The notes below the pieces were generated by a model. It did not search any database. It was given only the letters and a program-made list of their open reading frames with translations, and was not told the origin of the DNA. DNA of 64,000 nt from an uncultured Gammaproteobacteria bacterium (GTDB taxonomy: Bacteria > Pseudomonadota > Gammaproteobacteria > CAWCPV01), in the NCBI GenBank assembly GCA_963797555.1, contig CAWCPV010000017.1:85161-149160 (forward strand). The letters are read 5' to 3'. Below, one piece after another: positions 37,651-49,424 of this stretch (its first letter is position 1; each line of letters opens with the position of its first letter). Made by a program: the position numbers and the translations under genes.

Positions 37651-38343
37651 CTACGATACCAACCGGTAGCCCACACCGGTCTCGGTCAGGATGTAGCGCG
37701 GCCGGGCGGGGTCGTCCTCCAGCTTCTGCCGCAGGTGTGCAGTGTAGATCCTCAGGTAGTGGGTGCTGTCGGCGCGCGAGGGCCCCCAGACTTCCTTGAG
37801 GAGCTGGCGGTGGGTCAGGACCCGCCCGGCGTTGCGGACCAGCACGGCAAGCAGCCGGAACTCGATGGGCGTGAGGTGGATGGGCTGGTCGCCCCGGAAG
37901 ACTCGTCTGTTGGCCAAGTCCACGCGGACACCTCCGAGCTGGATCTCGGCGGGGGCCTGGAGGTTCGCCCGCGCACGCCGTCTCAAGGCCACACGGATGC
38001 GGGCCAACAGCTCCCCCACCCCGAACGGCTTGGTGAGGTAGTCGTCGGCGCCGGCGTCCAGGGCATCCACTTTATCGGTCTCGTGGGTGCGGGCGGAGAG
38101 CACGATGACCGGCAGATCGGTCCAGCTCCGCAGATCTCGAATCACCTCCACGCCGTCCCTATCGGGTAGGCCGAGGTCCAGGATGACCAAGTCGGGCTTG
38201 CGGGTCCCGGCCTCGATCAAGCCCTGCTTGCCGGTCTCGGCCTCGAACACCTGGAGTCCTTCCGACTCCAGCGCGGTCCTCAAGAAACGCCGGATCGGCT
38301 TGTCGTCCTCGATGACAACGGCCGTGAGCGCGGGCTCGCTCAC
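37651..38343 (-). CDS. kdpE: Response regulator KdpE
   Basis: DLVILDLGLPDRDG, GADDYLTKPFG and ILTETGVGYRL; 4-bp overlap with kdpD. Confidence 0.95.
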   Translation of the reverse strand: MSEPALTAVVIEDDKPIRRFLRTALESEGLQVFEAETGKQGLIEAGTRKPDLVILDLGLPDRDGVEVIRDLRSWTDLPVIVLSARTHETDKVDALDAGADDYLTKPFGVGELLARIRVALRRRARANLQAPAEIQLGGVRVDLANRRVFRGDQPIHLTPIEFRLLAVLVRNAGRVLTHRQLLKEVWGPSRADSTHYLRIYTAHLRQKLEDDPARPRYILTETGVGYRLVS

Positions 38344-41078
38344 GCGGCGGGGCCGGCCTCGGAGGCCAGGTCAGGCTCTGGAGCCTCCGTAACCTCCGGC
38401 GCCTCGGTCAGAGGCAGGGAAAAGGTGAACTTGGCGCCGCCTTCGCGACGGGTCTCGGCCCAGATCTTCCCCCCATGCGCCTCGACGATGGCGCGGCAGA
38501 TGGCGAGCCCCAGGCCGACCCCTGGCGTGGAGGACTCGGTCCTGCCGCGGGTGAACTTCTCGAAGATGCGTTCCTCCATTCCAGCGGGAAGCCCCGGACC
38601 GTCGTCCGCGACGAACACGCGCAGCTCCTTGCCCTGCACCCGCGCCCCGACCTCGACGGTGCTCCCGACCGGGGTGTACTTGGCGGCGTTCTCCAGCAGA
38701 TTGCAGAGCACGCGCTCGATCAGGACCGCGTCGAAATATGTCAGCGGCAAGCCGGGGGTCAGGTCGAGCCGGACGTGATGCTTGGACAGCGGACGCTCCT
38801 CCGCACGAAGGGCGCTGCCGACCACCTCCTCCACCATCTGCCACTGCATGTTGAGCTTCAGCCCGCCCGCGGTCAGGCGAGCCATGTCCAGAAGGTTGTT
38901 GACCAGACCTCCCATGCGCAACGCTTCCTCCTGGATCGCCGTGAGGGCGTCGCGCCGCGCGTCTTCGCCCACATCGCGGTCCAGGGAAAGGGTGCTGGCG
39001 AGCCCGACGATCGCCGTCAGCGGGGTGCGCAGGTCGTGGGAGATGGCGCTGAGCAAAGAGTTCCGCAGACGCTCCGACTCCATATGCAGCAGGGCGGCTT
39101 GAGCGACCTCCACATAATGGACGCGCTCCAGCGCGAGCCCGATTTGCGCGGCGAAGGTGTCCAGTAGGCGCTGCTGCTCGGGCAGGAAGATCTGCCTGGG
39201 GCTACCGGGAACCACCGCGGCCACGCCCCGGGTGCGCATCGGTGCCTTGAGCGGCAGGTAGTGCACGGGGCTGCCCGGGAGCGTATTCGTGCCCATGCCG
39301 GCGGGCTCCTGGTGATCGTAGACCCACTGGGCGATGCCGAGGTCGAGTTCGGGGGAGGCGTCGGGGACGTCGGGAGGCAAGACGGTGACGGCGACCTTGT
39401 CCTGTCCGTCCGGCAGCAGAAGCGCGACCTTCACCTGAAACACAGCGTACAGGTGCCGCGCGGCGATCTCGGCGATCTGCGGCATCGTAAGCGCCGCAGC
39501 CAGCTCCCTTCCCATCTCGTAGAGCGCTCGCGCGCGGCGTTCTCGGAACTGGGCGATGCGCGCCTGGTAACGCAGATTGGCGGTGAGGTGGCTGATGATC
39601 AGAGCGACCGACAGCAGGACCGCAAAGGTCAGGAGATACTGAGTGTCGGCCACCGTGAGCGAATGCTTCGGCGGCACCAGGAAGAAATCGAAGGCAGCGA
39701 CGCCCAGGAAGGAGGCGAAGACGCCGGGGCCGCGGCCGTACCGGATGGCGACCAGGACCACGCTCAGCAAGTAAAGCATGACAATGTTGGCCAGGTCGAA
39801 GAACCACAGCAGCTTCGCGCCGACGAGGGTCGTGGCCGCGCAGATGAGAGCGGTCCAGACGTAACGGCGATAGCGCAAGTCGGGCGCACCATCGTACTCG
39901 ACCAGCCGCGCGGGCGCTTGCGGCCGAGAGACGTCTTCCTTCCCCTGACCCACGACGTGGACGTCCACGTCGGTGGACCGGCTGGCGAGCCGCTCCGAGA
40001 CGCTGGGCGTGAGTCGCCGGGACAGCGCCGAGCGCCGGGAGCTGCCGACCAGGATCTTGGAGATGTTGTGGGTATGCGCGTAGTCGAGCAGGACTTGGGC
40101 GAGGTCGGTGCCGGCGAGTGTCTCGGTCTCGGCCCCCAGCTCCTGGGCCAGCCGCAGAGTCTTCAGGACCTGCCCCCGAGCGCTCGCGGAGAGCCGCTGC
40201 AGTCCGGGAGTTTCCACGTACGCCGCCCGCCAGTCGGCGCGCAGGTCGGCAGCCAGGCAGCTCGCGCTGCGCACCAAGCTCTCGGCTCCGAGCCCGGGTC
40301 CTACGCAGGCGAGCAGCCGCTCCTTTGCCTTCCAGACGCCCTGGATGGCGCGGTCCGTCCGGTACTCCCGCATCTGGGCATCCACGCGGTCGGCGGTCCG
40401 CCGCAGGGCGAGCTCGCGCAAGGCAATCAGGTTGCCCTTGCGGAAGAAATTCTCGGCGGCGTGCTCGGCCTGTCGGGGCAGATAGACCTTGCCCTCCTTG
40501 AGCCGCTGCAGCAGTTCGTCCGGAGGCAGGTCCACCAGGGCAACCTCCTCGGCCAGCTCGAATACCGTGTCGGGCAAAGTCTCGCGCACGCGTATGCCGG
40601 TGATCTGGCCGACGATGTCGTTCAGGCCCTCCAGATGCTGGACGTTGACCGTGGTGTAGACGTCGATCCCGGCGGACAGCAACTCCTCCGCGTCCTGCCA
40701 GCGCTTGGGGTGACGTGATCCGAGAACGTTGGAGTGGGCCAGCTCGTCGAGCAGAAGCACCGCCGGCTTTCGGCGCAACGCGCCGTCCAGATCGAACTCC
40801 CGCAGGGTTCGGCCTCGGTACTGGATCCTCTGGGGAGGAAGCACCTCCAGCCCCTCCAGCAGCTCGGCGGTCTCGGACCGTCCATGGGTCTCCGCCACAC
40901 CGACGACCACGTCGACCCCCTGCTGCCGGAGCGCGCGCGCCGCCGACAGCATGGCGTAGGTCTTGCCCACCCCGGCGCAGGCGCCGAAAAAGACCTTCAG
41001 ACGGCCGCGTCGGCACTTCTCGGCCTCCCGCTGGATCTTGTCCAGAAGCTGATCGGGATCGGGACGTTGGTCAGTCAT
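38340..41078 (-). CDS. kdpD: Sensor histidine kinase KdpD
   Basis: GVGKTYAML, DELAHSN, NVQHLE, USP domain, four TM helices, GAF and SHDLRTPL. Confidence 0.96.
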   Translation of the reverse strand: MTDQRPDPDQLLDKIQREAEKCRRGRLKVFFGACAGVGKTYAMLSAARALRQQGVDVVVGVAETHGRSETAELLEGLEVLPPQRIQYRGRTLREFDLDGALRRKPAVLLLDELAHSNVLGSRHPKRWQDAEELLSAGIDVYTTVNVQHLEGLNDIVGQITGIRVRETLPDTVFELAEEVALVDLPPDELLQRLKEGKVYLPRQAEHAAENFFRKGNLIALRELALRRTADRVDAQMREYRTDRAIQGVWKAKERLLACVGPGLGAESLVRSASCLAADLRADWRAAYVETPGLQRLSASARGQVLKTLRLAQELGAETETLAGTDLAQVLLDYAHTHNISKILVGSSRRSALSRRLTPSVSERLASRSTDVDVHVVGQGKEDVSRPQAPARLVEYDGAPDLRYRRYVWTALICAATTLVGAKLLWFFDLANIVMLYLLSVVLVAIRYGRGPGVFASFLGVAAFDFFLVPPKHSLTVADTQYLLTFAVLLSVALIISHLTANLRYQARIAQFRERRARALYEMGRELAAALTMPQIAEIAARHLYAVFQVKVALLLPDGQDKVAVTVLPPDVPDASPELDLGIAQWVYDHQEPAGMGTNTLPGSPVHYLPLKAPMRTRGVAAVVPGSPRQIFLPEQQRLLDTFAAQIGLALERVHYVEVAQAALLHMESERLRNSLLSAISHDLRTPLTAIVGLASTLSLDRDVGEDARRDALTAIQEEALRMGGLVNNLLDMARLTAGGLKLNMQWQMVEEVVGSALRAEERPLSKHHVRLDLTPGLPLTYFDAVLIERVLCNLLENAAKYTPVGSTVEVGARVQGKELRVFVADDGPGLPAGMEERIFEKFTRGRTESSTPGVGLGLAICRAIVEAHGGKIWAETRREGGAKFTFSLPLTEAPEVTEAPEPDLASEAGPAA

Positions 41079-41087
41079 GGCGCGGTG

Positions 41088-41663
41088 TCAGACGGCCCCG
41101 TCCAGGGCCAGATTGAGCACCAGAACGTTCACCCGTGGCTCACCGAGGATGCCGAGCTGTCGGCCCTCGGTGCAACGGTGCACGAGCGCCCGCACCCGCG
41201 CCGCCGAGAGATGCCGAGCCGCCGCGACGCGCTCCACCTGGTAAAGAGCGGCGGCCGGGCTGATGTGGGGGTCGAGGCCGCTGCCCGAGGTGGTCACGAG
41301 GTCCACCGGTACGGGCGCCTTTTGACTGGGGTCGGCCGCATGCAGCGCCGCGATCCGGGCCTTGACCTGATCCATCAGCGCCGGGTTGGTCGGGCCCAGA
41401 TTCGAGCCGCTCGATGCGGCGCCGTTGTACGCTTGTGGTGAGGTGGCGGAAGGCCGGCCCCAGAAGTATTTGGGATCGCTGAAGGGCTGGCCGATGAGCT
41501 CCGAGCCGAGAGGCTTGCCATCTTTGCCGGCGATGAGGCTCCCGTCGGCCTGATGAGGAAACAGCACCTGGGCGATCCCGGTCACCAGGAGCGGATAGGC
41601 CACGCCGGTGATCACGGTCAAAATCATGAAGAGCAGACTCGCGGTTTTCAACTGGTCCAGCAT
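41088..41663 (-). CDS. kdpC: K+-transporting ATPase subunit C
   Basis: [25 protein letters not shown] and [11 protein letters not shown]. Confidence 0.96.
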   Translation of the reverse strand: MLDQLKTASLLFMILTVITGVAYPLLVTGIAQVLFPHQADGSLIAGKDGKPLGSELIGQPFSDPKYFWGRPSATSPQAYNGAASSGSNLGPTNPALMDQVKARIAALHAADPSQKAPVPVDLVTTSGSGLDPHISPAAALYQVERVAAARHLSAARVRALVHRCTEGRQLGILGEPRVNVLVLNLALDGAV

Positions 41664-41685
41664 GACAGCAACTCCTATTGGAGAG

Positions 41686-43830
41686 TTAGACAAGGCCGAG
41701 CGTCACCAGCAAGAGATCGATGAGCTTGATGCCAACGAAGGGCACCACCACCCCACCCACACCATAGATCCAGAGATTATTGCGCAACAGCGCGGCGGCG
41801 CCGATGGGACGATAACGCACGCCGCGCAGCGCGAGCGGGATCAGGAAGACGATGATGAGCGCATTGAAAATAACCGCGGACAGAATCGCGCTGAAGGGGC
41901 TCGCGAGCGCCATGACGTTGAGCGCATTGAGCTGCGGATAGGTGGTCGCGAACGCGGCCGGGATGATGGCAAAGTATTTCGCCACGTCGTTGGCGATGCT
42001 GAAGGTGGTGAGCGCGCCCCGCGTCATCAACATCTGCTTGCCGACCTCCACGACCTCGATCAGCTTGGTGGGGTTCGAGTCGAGGTCCACCATGTTTCCC
42101 GCCTCCTTCGCTGCCTGGGTGCCGGTGTGCATGGCCACCGCGACGTCCGCCTGCGCGAGGGCGGGCGCATCGTTGGTGCCATCGCCGGTCATCGCGACCA
42201 GCCGCCCTTGCGCCTGATGTTCGCGGATGAGGTTGAGCTTGGCCTCCGGGGTCGCTTCCGCCAGGAAATCGTCGACACCCGCCTCGGCGGCGATGGCGGC
42301 GGCGGTCAGCCGGTTGTCGCCGGTGATCATGATGGTCCTGATCCCCATGCGCCGAAGCTCGGCGAAGCGCTCCTTGATGCCGCCCTTGACGATGTCCTTG
42401 AGCTCGATGACGCCCATCACCCGCGGCCCGTCCGCCACGACCAGCGCCGTGCTCCCGCGGCGCGAGACCGTATACACCGTCTTCTCCACCTCGTCGGGGA
42501 ACGCGCCGCCGAGCGATTGCACGTGGGCGCGGATAGCTTCCGGGGCACCCTTGCGGATCTGGCGCTGTCCCAAATTGACGCCGCTCATGCGGGTATGTGC
42601 GCTGAAAGGCACGAAGCTCGCGCCGAGGGTGTGAATATCACGTCCACGGATCCCGAACTTCTGCTTCGCCAGGACCACGACACTGCGCCCCTCTGGGGTT
42701 TCATCGGCGAGCGAGGCGAGTTGGGCGGCATCCGCGAGATCCTTGACCGCGACGCCGCGGGCATGCAAGAACTCCGTGGCCAGGCGGTTGCCGAGCGTGA
42801 TGGTGCCGGTCTTGTCGAGCAGCAGCACATCGACGTCCCCGGCCGCCTCCACGGCACGCCCGGAGGTGGCCATGACGTTGGCCTGCAGCATCCGCCCGAT
42901 GCCGGCGATGCCGATGGCGGATAGCAGCGCGCCGATGGTTGTGGGTATCAAGCAAACCAGGAGCGCCACCAGGACCGTGATAGTCAGCGGTTTACCGAAC
43001 TTTGCCACCTCCACGCTATAAAGCGAAAGCGGCAAGAGCGTAACCGTGGCGAAGAGAAAGACCAGCGTCAGCGCGACCAGCAGGATGGTGAGCGCTATCT
43101 CGTTGGGGGTCTTCTGGCGCTTGGCGGTCTCCACCATCGATATCATCCGGTCCAGGAACGCCTCCCCGGGATTGACGGTGATGCGCACGACCATCCAGTC
43201 GGACAATACCCGCGTGCCGCCGGTGACGGCATTGAAATCGCCGCCGCTCTCGCGGATGACCGGCGCGCTCTCCCCGGTGATCGCGCTCTCGTCCACCGAG
43301 GCCACCCCGTCGATCACCTCGCCATCGCCTGGAACATAGTCCCCCGCTTCCACCAGCACGATATCTCCTTTGCGCAATTTGGACGCCGGTAAGCGGGTGT
43401 GGGCGGCCCCGTAGCGCGGCTCCGCGAGCTTTTTCGCGACGATTTCCTTTCTGGACGCGCGCAGGGCCGCGACCGTGGCCTTGCTGCGGCCCTCGGCGAT
43501 GGCCTCGGCGAAGTTGGCAAACAGCACCGTGAACCATAGCCAAAGGGTCACCGCCAGGATGAAGCCGGCCGGGGCCTCGCCCTTTCCCGTAAGGGCCTGG
43601 ATGTACAGCACCGTGGTGAGCAGGCTCCCGATGTAGACGACGAACATCACGGGGTTGCGCCACTGGATGTGTGGCGCCAGCTTTTTCAAAGAGTCGATGA
43701 GCGCCTGCTTCAAGAGCACCGCGTTGAGGAGGGTCCTCACCGTCCCCTTGGGCGCCGGAGGCTTGAGCCTCCGGGACTCCTTACCTGGGACAAGGTCCAA
43801 GCTCGGATCTGCAGCAATCGGAGTGGTCAT
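41686..43830 (-). CDS. kdpB: K+-transporting ATPase subunit B
   Basis: TGES, DKTGT and [11 protein letters not shown]-type ATPase motifs. Confidence 0.97.
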   Translation of the reverse strand: MTTPIAADPSLDLVPGKESRRLKPPAPKGTVRTLLNAVLLKQALIDSLKKLAPHIQWRNPVMFVVYIGSLLTTVLYIQALTGKGEAPAGFILAVTLWLWFTVLFANFAEAIAEGRSKATVAALRASRKEIVAKKLAEPRYGAAHTRLPASKLRKGDIVLVEAGDYVPGDGEVIDGVASVDESAITGESAPVIRESGGDFNAVTGGTRVLSDWMVVRITVNPGEAFLDRMISMVETAKRQKTPNEIALTILLVALTLVFLFATVTLLPLSLYSVEVAKFGKPLTITVLVALLVCLIPTTIGALLSAIGIAGIGRMLQANVMATSGRAVEAAGDVDVLLLDKTGTITLGNRLATEFLHARGVAVKDLADAAQLASLADETPEGRSVVVLAKQKFGIRGRDIHTLGASFVPFSAHTRMSGVNLGQRQIRKGAPEAIRAHVQSLGGAFPDEVEKTVYTVSRRGSTALVVADGPRVMGVIELKDIVKGGIKERFAELRRMGIRTIMITGDNRLTAAAIAAEAGVDDFLAEATPEAKLNLIREHQAQGRLVAMTGDGTNDAPALAQADVAVAMHTGTQAAKEAGNMVDLDSNPTKLIEVVEVGKQMLMTRGALTTFSIANDVAKYFAIIPAAFATTYPQLNALNVMALASPFSAILSAVIFNALIIVFLIPLALRGVRYRPIGAAALLRNNLWIYGVGGVVVPFVGIKLIDLLLVTLGLV

Positions 43831-43858
43831 GGTTTGATCTCCCCCTGTTTGGTGCAGA

Positions 43859-45670
43859 TCAGGCGGCCGGTGCGCTCATCAGGAAATGCTCGACGATGGG
43901 GCCTAGCGCGAGCGCCGGTACATAGGTCAGCGCGCCCAGCAGGAGCACCGTGCCAATCAGCAGGGCGACGAACAGCGGCGTGTGCGTCGGGAGGCTCCCG
44001 AGCCCCGCGGGTGCGCGTTTCTTGGCCGCGAGCGACCCCGCGATAGCGAGCACGGGTACCGCCAGCCAATAGCGCCCGAAAAACATGGCGATCCCTAACG
44101 CAGTGTTATAGAAAGGTGTGTTGGCGGACAGGCCCGCGAAGGCGCTGCCGTTGTTGTTGGCGGCGGAGGAGAAGGCATACAGGATCTCGCTGAAACCGTG
44201 CGCCCCGGGGTTGGCAACGCCGGCCTTGCCGGGCTCGACCAATACCGCGATGGCGGTGCCGAGGAGCACGACCAACGGGGTTATCAGGATCACCAGCGAG
44301 GCCATCTTCATCTCGAAGCTCTCGATCTTCTTGCCGAGATATTCGGGCGTGCGCCCGATCATCAAGCCAGCCACGAAGACGGCGATGATGGCGAATACCA
44401 GCATGCCGTAGAGCCCCGACCCGACCCCCCCGTAGATGACCTCGCCCAACTGGATCATCCCCATCGGTACCAGCCCGCCTAGCGGCGTGTAGGAGTCGTG
44501 CATCGAATTCACCGAGCCGTTCGAGGCCGCAGTGGTCGCCGTGGCCCAAAGGGCGGAATCCGCGATCCCAAAGCGCGTTTCCTTCCCTTCCATGTTGCCG
44601 CCGGCTTGAATGCCGCTTGCAACCTGATCGACGCCGAGCGCGCTGAGCGCCGGGTTGCTCCGCTGCTCCTCATAGACGGCTACGCATGCCATCACCACGA
44701 ACACGATGCTCATCGCCGCGAGGATCGCCCAGCCCTGGCGGGTGTCTCCGACCATCTTGCCGAAGGTGTAACAGAGCGCGGCCGGGATGAGCAGGATGGC
44801 CAGCATCTCCAGGAAGCCGCAGAGCGGCGTGGGATTCTCGAAGGGGTGCGCCGAGTTGGCGTTGAAAAACCCGCCGCCGTTGGTACCGAGCTGCTTGATG
44901 GCGACCTGCGAAGCCGCCGGCCCAAGGGGCAGGAGTTGCTCCTTCACGGTGATCGTCTCCGTAACGGGATTGCCGCCCGCGTCCTTGATGGGGCTCCCGT
45001 TCTGATCGAGCTTCGTCTGCTGGTAGCTGGTGGGCTCGACGAGCGGCACCGTCTGGTAAGAGCTGAAGGTCTGGACCATTCCCTGGCCGACCAGGATCAA
45101 GGCGAAAATCATCGAGAGCGGCAGCAGGATATAAAGGGTGGTGCGCGTGAGGTCCACCCAGAAGTTGCCGACGGAGTCCGCGGTATGGCGGGCAAACCCG
45201 CGGATCAGCGCCACCAGGACGGCCATGCCGGTCGCCGCCGAGAGGAAGTTCTGCACCGCGAGCCCGAGCATCTGGGTGAGATAGCTCATGGTGACCTCCC
45301 CCGAGTAGCCCTGCCAGTTGGTGTTGGTCGCGAAGCTCGCCGCGGTGTTGAAAGAAGAATCGGGGCTCACATTGGAGAAGCCCTGAGGGTTCAGCGGCAG
45401 GTGGGCCTGGAGCCGCTGAATGCCATAGACGGCCAGCACTCCCAGCAAATTAAAGGCCAACATCGCCAAGGCGTACTGGGTCCAGTGCATCTCCGTCGAG
45501 GCATCGACGCGACCGATCCGGTAAACGAGGCTTTCAATGGGTGCACCGAGGCGATTGAGCCCTGCCGGCTCACCCTGGTAGATGCGGGCCATATACGCGC
45601 CCAGCGGCTTGGCCGATGCCACCAGGATCGCCACATACAGCAGCAGTTGCAGAACGGCGTTCTCGGTCAT
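43859..45670 (-). CDS. kdpA: K+-transporting ATPase subunit A
   Basis: [37 protein letters not shown] and NNGSAFAG. Confidence 0.97.
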   Translation of the reverse strand: MTENAVLQLLLYVAILVASAKPLGAYMARIYQGEPAGLNRLGAPIESLVYRIGRVDASTEMHWTQYALAMLAFNLLGVLAVYGIQRLQAHLPLNPQGFSNVSPDSSFNTAASFATNTNWQGYSGEVTMSYLTQMLGLAVQNFLSAATGMAVLVALIRGFARHTADSVGNFWVDLTRTTLYILLPLSMIFALILVGQGMVQTFSSYQTVPLVEPTSYQQTKLDQNGSPIKDAGGNPVTETITVKEQLLPLGPAASQVAIKQLGTNGGGFFNANSAHPFENPTPLCGFLEMLAILLIPAALCYTFGKMVGDTRQGWAILAAMSIVFVVMACVAVYEEQRSNPALSALGVDQVASGIQAGGNMEGKETRFGIADSALWATATTAASNGSVNSMHDSYTPLGGLVPMGMIQLGEVIYGGVGSGLYGMLVFAIIAVFVAGLMIGRTPEYLGKKIESFEMKMASLVILITPLVVLLGTAIAVLVEPGKAGVANPGAHGFSEILYAFSSAANNNGSAFAGLSANTPFYNTALGIAMFFGRYWLAVPVLAIAGSLAAKKRAPAGLGSLPTHTPLFVALLIGTVLLLGALTYVPALALGPIVEHFLMSAPAA

Positions 45671-45759
45671 GAGAAAAGCTCCGGCTTCAGGAGTGCGACG
45701 ATGAGATACGCCAGCAGTCCGAGCGCGGTGATGCCGCTCAATGCATAGAGCCAGATCAT
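45667..45759 (-). CDS. kdpF: K+-transporting ATPase subunit F
   Basis: Manual translation [30 protein letters not shown]; stop overlaps the kdpA start (ATGA). Confidence 0.9.
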   Translation of the reverse strand: MIWLYALSGITALGLLAYLIVALLKPELFS

Positions 45760-45764
45760 GACGG

Positions 45765-45848
45765 TCACCTCAGACGTTCACAGCCGTAGACCAGCCCCAC
45801 CGTCACGATAAAAAAACCGATGGCCAGCCCAAGATAAGAAATGTCCAT
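45765..45848 (-). CDS. 27-aa hydrophobic peptide upstream of kdpF
   Basis: Manual translation MDISYLGLAIGFFIVTVGLVYGCERLR; GGAG RBS; ends 5 nt before kdpF. Confidence 0.7.
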   Translation of the reverse strand: MDISYLGLAIGFFIVTVGLVYGCERLR

Positions 45849-46070
45849 GGCGAGCGTCTCCCGATCGAGTCAAATTAGGCGCCGCGGATGCAGAGCCAGA
45901 TGCTTCGTTGCCGGGCCGATTGCGGGCGGCGACCCGATCGAGCGTTGCGGCCAAGAGCCTCAGGAGCAGATGGCGATAGGCTAGATCCGAGGATCTCTCC
46001 AGCCATGCCGATCGGTCGTATTAGGTTAGCGCGAAAGGGCTAAATTTCTCGCAAAGATTCGCCAGGTGCG

Positions 46071-46088
46071 CGTAAAAACCGCGTAAAT
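46071..46088 (-). promoter_or_regulatory. Putative KdpE-binding site
   Basis: Minus strand reads atttacgcggtttttacg, a TTTAC direct repeat with 11-bp period upstream of the kdp operon, resembling the T-rich E. coli KdpE site. Confidence 0.55.
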
Positions 46089-46347
46089 GGCCGTGCGGGG
46101 AAGGGATGGCTGGTGAAGGGGCGATGCGCGAAGCGGGCGGCTCCTCGCAACCAAGTCCGGAGCGAGCAGGGCTGCGGGTGTTTAGGCGGACCCGCCGCCA
46201 CGCACGCATCCGGATAGCGCGCGCGCCGGGCCGCCTTTTCGGACCAGCGGGTGTGTCCAATGCGTGAGTGAGAGAGGACATGGCTGGTCGCCGACGCGCA
46301 GCTAGGGCAAACTGCTGGTTGAACGGGCCACGCCACGGACACCGACC

Positions 46348-47946
46348 ATGCCCCAGATCCGCCTTTACGACACCACCTTGCGCGACGGCACCCAGCGCGA
46401 GGACATCTCGTTATCCTGCGATGACAAGCTCGCTATCGCCCGCCGGCTCGATCAGTTCGGTATGCACTACATCGAGGGCGGCTGGCCGGGGTCCAATCCC
46501 AAGGACGCCGAGTTCTTCGCCCGCGTCGGTCAACTCGACTTGCACCATGCGCGCATCACGGCTTTCGGGGCTACCCGGCGCAAGGGCACGCGCTGCGCCG
46601 AAGACGCCAACCTGCGCGCCCTCATCGCTGCGGGCACTGCGACCGTGACCGTGGTCGGCAAGAGCTGGGACTTTCAGGTCCACGAGGTGCTGGGCACCAC
46701 TCTGGAAGAGAACCTGGCCATGATTCGCGAGAGCGTGGCCTACCTGAAGGATCAGGCCAAGGAGGTCCTGTTCGACGCCGAGCACTTCTTCGACGGTTAC
46801 AAGGCTAACCCGGGGCACGCGCTGGCGACCCTGCAGGCCGCCGCCCGGGCCGGAGCGGACGTGCTGGTCCTCTGCGACACCAACGGCGGCAGCCTGCCCT
46901 GGGAGGTGGAGTCGAGCGTGGCGGCCGTGCGTGCGTACCTCGACACGCCCCTGGGGATCCACGTGCACGACGATGGCGGCTGCGCGGTGGCGAATTCACT
47001 GGCTGCGGTTCGCTCCGGCTGCACCCAGGTGCAGGGCACCGTCAACGGCTACGGCGAGCGGGTGGGCAACGCCGACCTGGTCTCGATCATCCCCGCCCTG
47101 CAGCTCAAGATGGGCCTGCCGGTGCTGACGGCGGAGCAACTCCAGGGGCTGACCGGCCTCTCGCGCTATGTGGCGGAGGTCGCGAACCTCAAGCACGACA
47201 ACCACAAGCCGTACGTGGGCGAGAGCGCCTTCGCCCACAAGGGCGGCATCCACGTGGCCGCCGTGCTGAAACGCGTGGAAAGCTACCAGCACGTGGACCC
47301 AGCGCTCGTCGGCAACGAGACCCGCGCCGTGGTCTCGGAACTCTCGGGACACGGCAACCTCATCTATCAGGCCCGCGCCCGCGGTTTGGACCTCAACCGG
47401 GAGGACGCCCAGCGCGTACTGCACCAGATCAAGGAGCTGGAGCACCAGGGGTTCACCTTCGAGGCCGCCGAGGCCTCGGTGGACCTGATGCTCTACCGCG
47501 CGCGCCAGGGTTACTCGCCGCCCTTCGAGCTGATCGACTTCATGGTGGTGACCGAGCACCGTCAAGGCCGCGGCCTGCTCGCCGAGGCCACCGTGAAGAT
47601 CCGCATCGCCGAGGAGGTGAAGTTCACCGCGGCCGAGGGCAACGGCCCGGTCAACGCCCTCGCGCTGGCCCTGCACCAGGCCCTGTGCCACGTCTACCCG
47701 GAGCTGCGCCCGGTGCGGCTCACCGACTACAAGGTGCGCATCCTGAGCGGCGACAAGGGCACGGCCGCCACGACGCGGGTGCTCATCGACTTTCAAGACG
47801 GCAGCCGAAGCTGGACCACGGTCGGCGCCAGCGCCAACATCATCGAGGCGAGCTGGCGTGCGCTGTCCGACAGCATGGAATACGCGCTGCTGGCCTCCCG
47901 CGGGGTGTTCGACTCCGGGTCGGGTCATCCGCCGCCCCCGATCTGA
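46348..47946 (+). CDS. cimA: Citramalate synthase
   Basis: DTTLRDG, EGGWPGSNPKD, DAEHFFDG, CDTNGG, AFAHKGGIH and WTTVGASANIIEASW. Confidence 0.9.
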   Translation: MPQIRLYDTTLRDGTQREDISLSCDDKLAIARRLDQFGMHYIEGGWPGSNPKDAEFFARVGQLDLHHARITAFGATRRKGTRCAEDANLRALIAAGTATVTVVGKSWDFQVHEVLGTTLEENLAMIRESVAYLKDQAKEVLFDAEHFFDGYKANPGHALATLQAAARAGADVLVLCDTNGGSLPWEVESSVAAVRAYLDTPLGIHVHDDGGCAVANSLAAVRSGCTQVQGTVNGYGERVGNADLVSIIPALQLKMGLPVLTAEQLQGLTGLSRYVAEVANLKHDNHKPYVGESAFAHKGGIHVAAVLKRVESYQHVDPALVGNETRAVVSELSGHGNLIYQARARGLDLNREDAQRVLHQIKELEHQGFTFEAAEASVDLMLYRARQGYSPPFELIDFMVVTEHRQGRGLLAEATVKIRIAEEVKFTAAEGNGPVNALALALHQALCHVYPELRPVRLTDYKVRILSGDKGTAATTRVLIDFQDGSRSWTTVGASANIIEASWRALSDSMEYALLASRGVFDSGSGHPPPPI

Positions 47947-48253
47947 CGCACGTTCCCGGCCGCTTTGGCTGCAGCCTGCCCGGGGACAACGCCGTCACCG
48001 CCGCGTGGTCCTGGCGTCGGGCCGAAGAGTCCTAGCCATCCGGATCTCTCCGCGTCCTCTGCGCTTCAGCGCCGGCTGGCGGGTAACCGAATGTACTTGG
48101 GAGCGGCGCTGGTGGCCGAAGAAGCTAGCGGCCGTCCCGGCAGCCGTGGGCGGGTGAACCAGATTCGATGGCGTTGTTCCAATGAACCAATGGCTGCTCC
48201 ATGGGTCATCAAGACACCTGTGGGCAGGCTTTGAACCTTTCGAAGGAGTCTGC

Positions 48254-49414
48254 ATGAAGCTACCTTTCCTGCGTCCGATGGCGCTGAGCGCCGGCACTTT
48301 GCTGCTTGCCGCGTGCGGCGAGGCGTCCGCGCCCGCCAACCCGCAAGCGCCGCCGCCCGAGGTCACTGCGGTACGGGCGCAATCGCGTTCCGTGCCCCTG
48401 ACCCGGGAGCTGGTCGGCCGCCTGGCGTCGACGCGTGTCGCCCAGGTACGTGCGCGCGTGGCCGGCATCATTTTCCAGCGTGTGTATACCGAAGGCACCG
48501 ATGTCAAGGAGGGCCAGGTCCTGTTTCAGATCGACCCTGCCCCGCTGGAAGCGACGCTGCACGCGCAGGATGCCGCCCTCGCCCAAGCCAGGGCCAATGC
48601 CACCAATGCCGAGATAACCGCCAAGCGTTACGCCGAGCTGGCGGCCAAGGGCGTACTGTCGCGCCAGGACCTCGACAACGCGCTGGCGAACGAGCGCTCC
48701 ACCGTAGCCGCGGTCAAGCAGGCGCAGGCCAACGTGGAAAGTGCACGCCTGAACTTGGGCTATGCCACGGTCACCGCCCCCATCGCCGGGCGCGCCGGCA
48801 GGGCCTTGGTCACCGAAGGCGCGCTGGTCGGCCAGGGCGACGCGACGGAATTGACCACCGTCGAGCAGATCGACCCGATCTACGTGAACTTCAGCCAGTC
48901 AACGTCGGAGCTGGAGCAGATCGAGCGCGCCGCGGCAGAGGGCCAAGCGGCGCTGACGCCCGCGCACAAGACGCAAGTCGAGGTGGTGCTGCCGGATGGG
49001 ACTCCGTACCCGCACGCCGGCACGCTCGACTTCTCCGACCTGGCCGTGGATCCGAACACTGGCACGGTGTCGCTGCGCGGCATCCTGCCCAATCCGGACC
49101 ACCGTCTGCTGCCCGGCATGTTCGTCAGCGTGCGCTTGACCGTGGGCCGGCTCGAAAACGCCTTCCTGCTGCCGCAGCCCGCGGTGCAGCGCGACGGCGA
49201 AGGCCCCTACGTGCTCGTGGTGAATCACGGCGGGCAGGTCGAGCAGCGTCGCGTGCAGAGCCAGGGCATGACCCGCACCGACTGGATCGTCACCGGCAAG
49301 CTGGCTGACGGCGACCGAGTGATCGTCTCGGGGCTTCAGAAGGTACGCCCGGGGGCCACCGCCAAGGTGGTGCCAGAGGCCGGCGCCGCCGGCCGGACAC
49401 CCGGCAAGTCCTGA
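48254..49414 (+). CDS. AcrA/MexA-type RND adaptor lipoprotein
   Basis: Lipobox LLLAAC, VRARVAGII, TAPIAG and LLPGMFV; AAGGAG RBS. Confidence 0.92.
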   Translation: MKLPFLRPMALSAGTLLLAACGEASAPANPQAPPPEVTAVRAQSRSVPLTRELVGRLASTRVAQVRARVAGIIFQRVYTEGTDVKEGQVLFQIDPAPLEATLHAQDAALAQARANATNAEITAKRYAELAAKGVLSRQDLDNALANERSTVAAVKQAQANVESARLNLGYATVTAPIAGRAGRALVTEGALVGQGDATELTTVEQIDPIYVNFSQSTSELEQIERAAAEGQAALTPAHKTQVEVVLPDGTPYPHAGTLDFSDLAVDPNTGTVSLRGILPNPDHRLLPGMFVSVRLTVGRLENAFLLPQPAVQRDGEGPYVLVVNHGGQVEQRRVQSQGMTRTDWIVTGKLADGDRVIVSGLQKVRPGATAKVVPEAGAAGRTPGKS

Positions 49415-49424
49415 GGAGCCGGCG

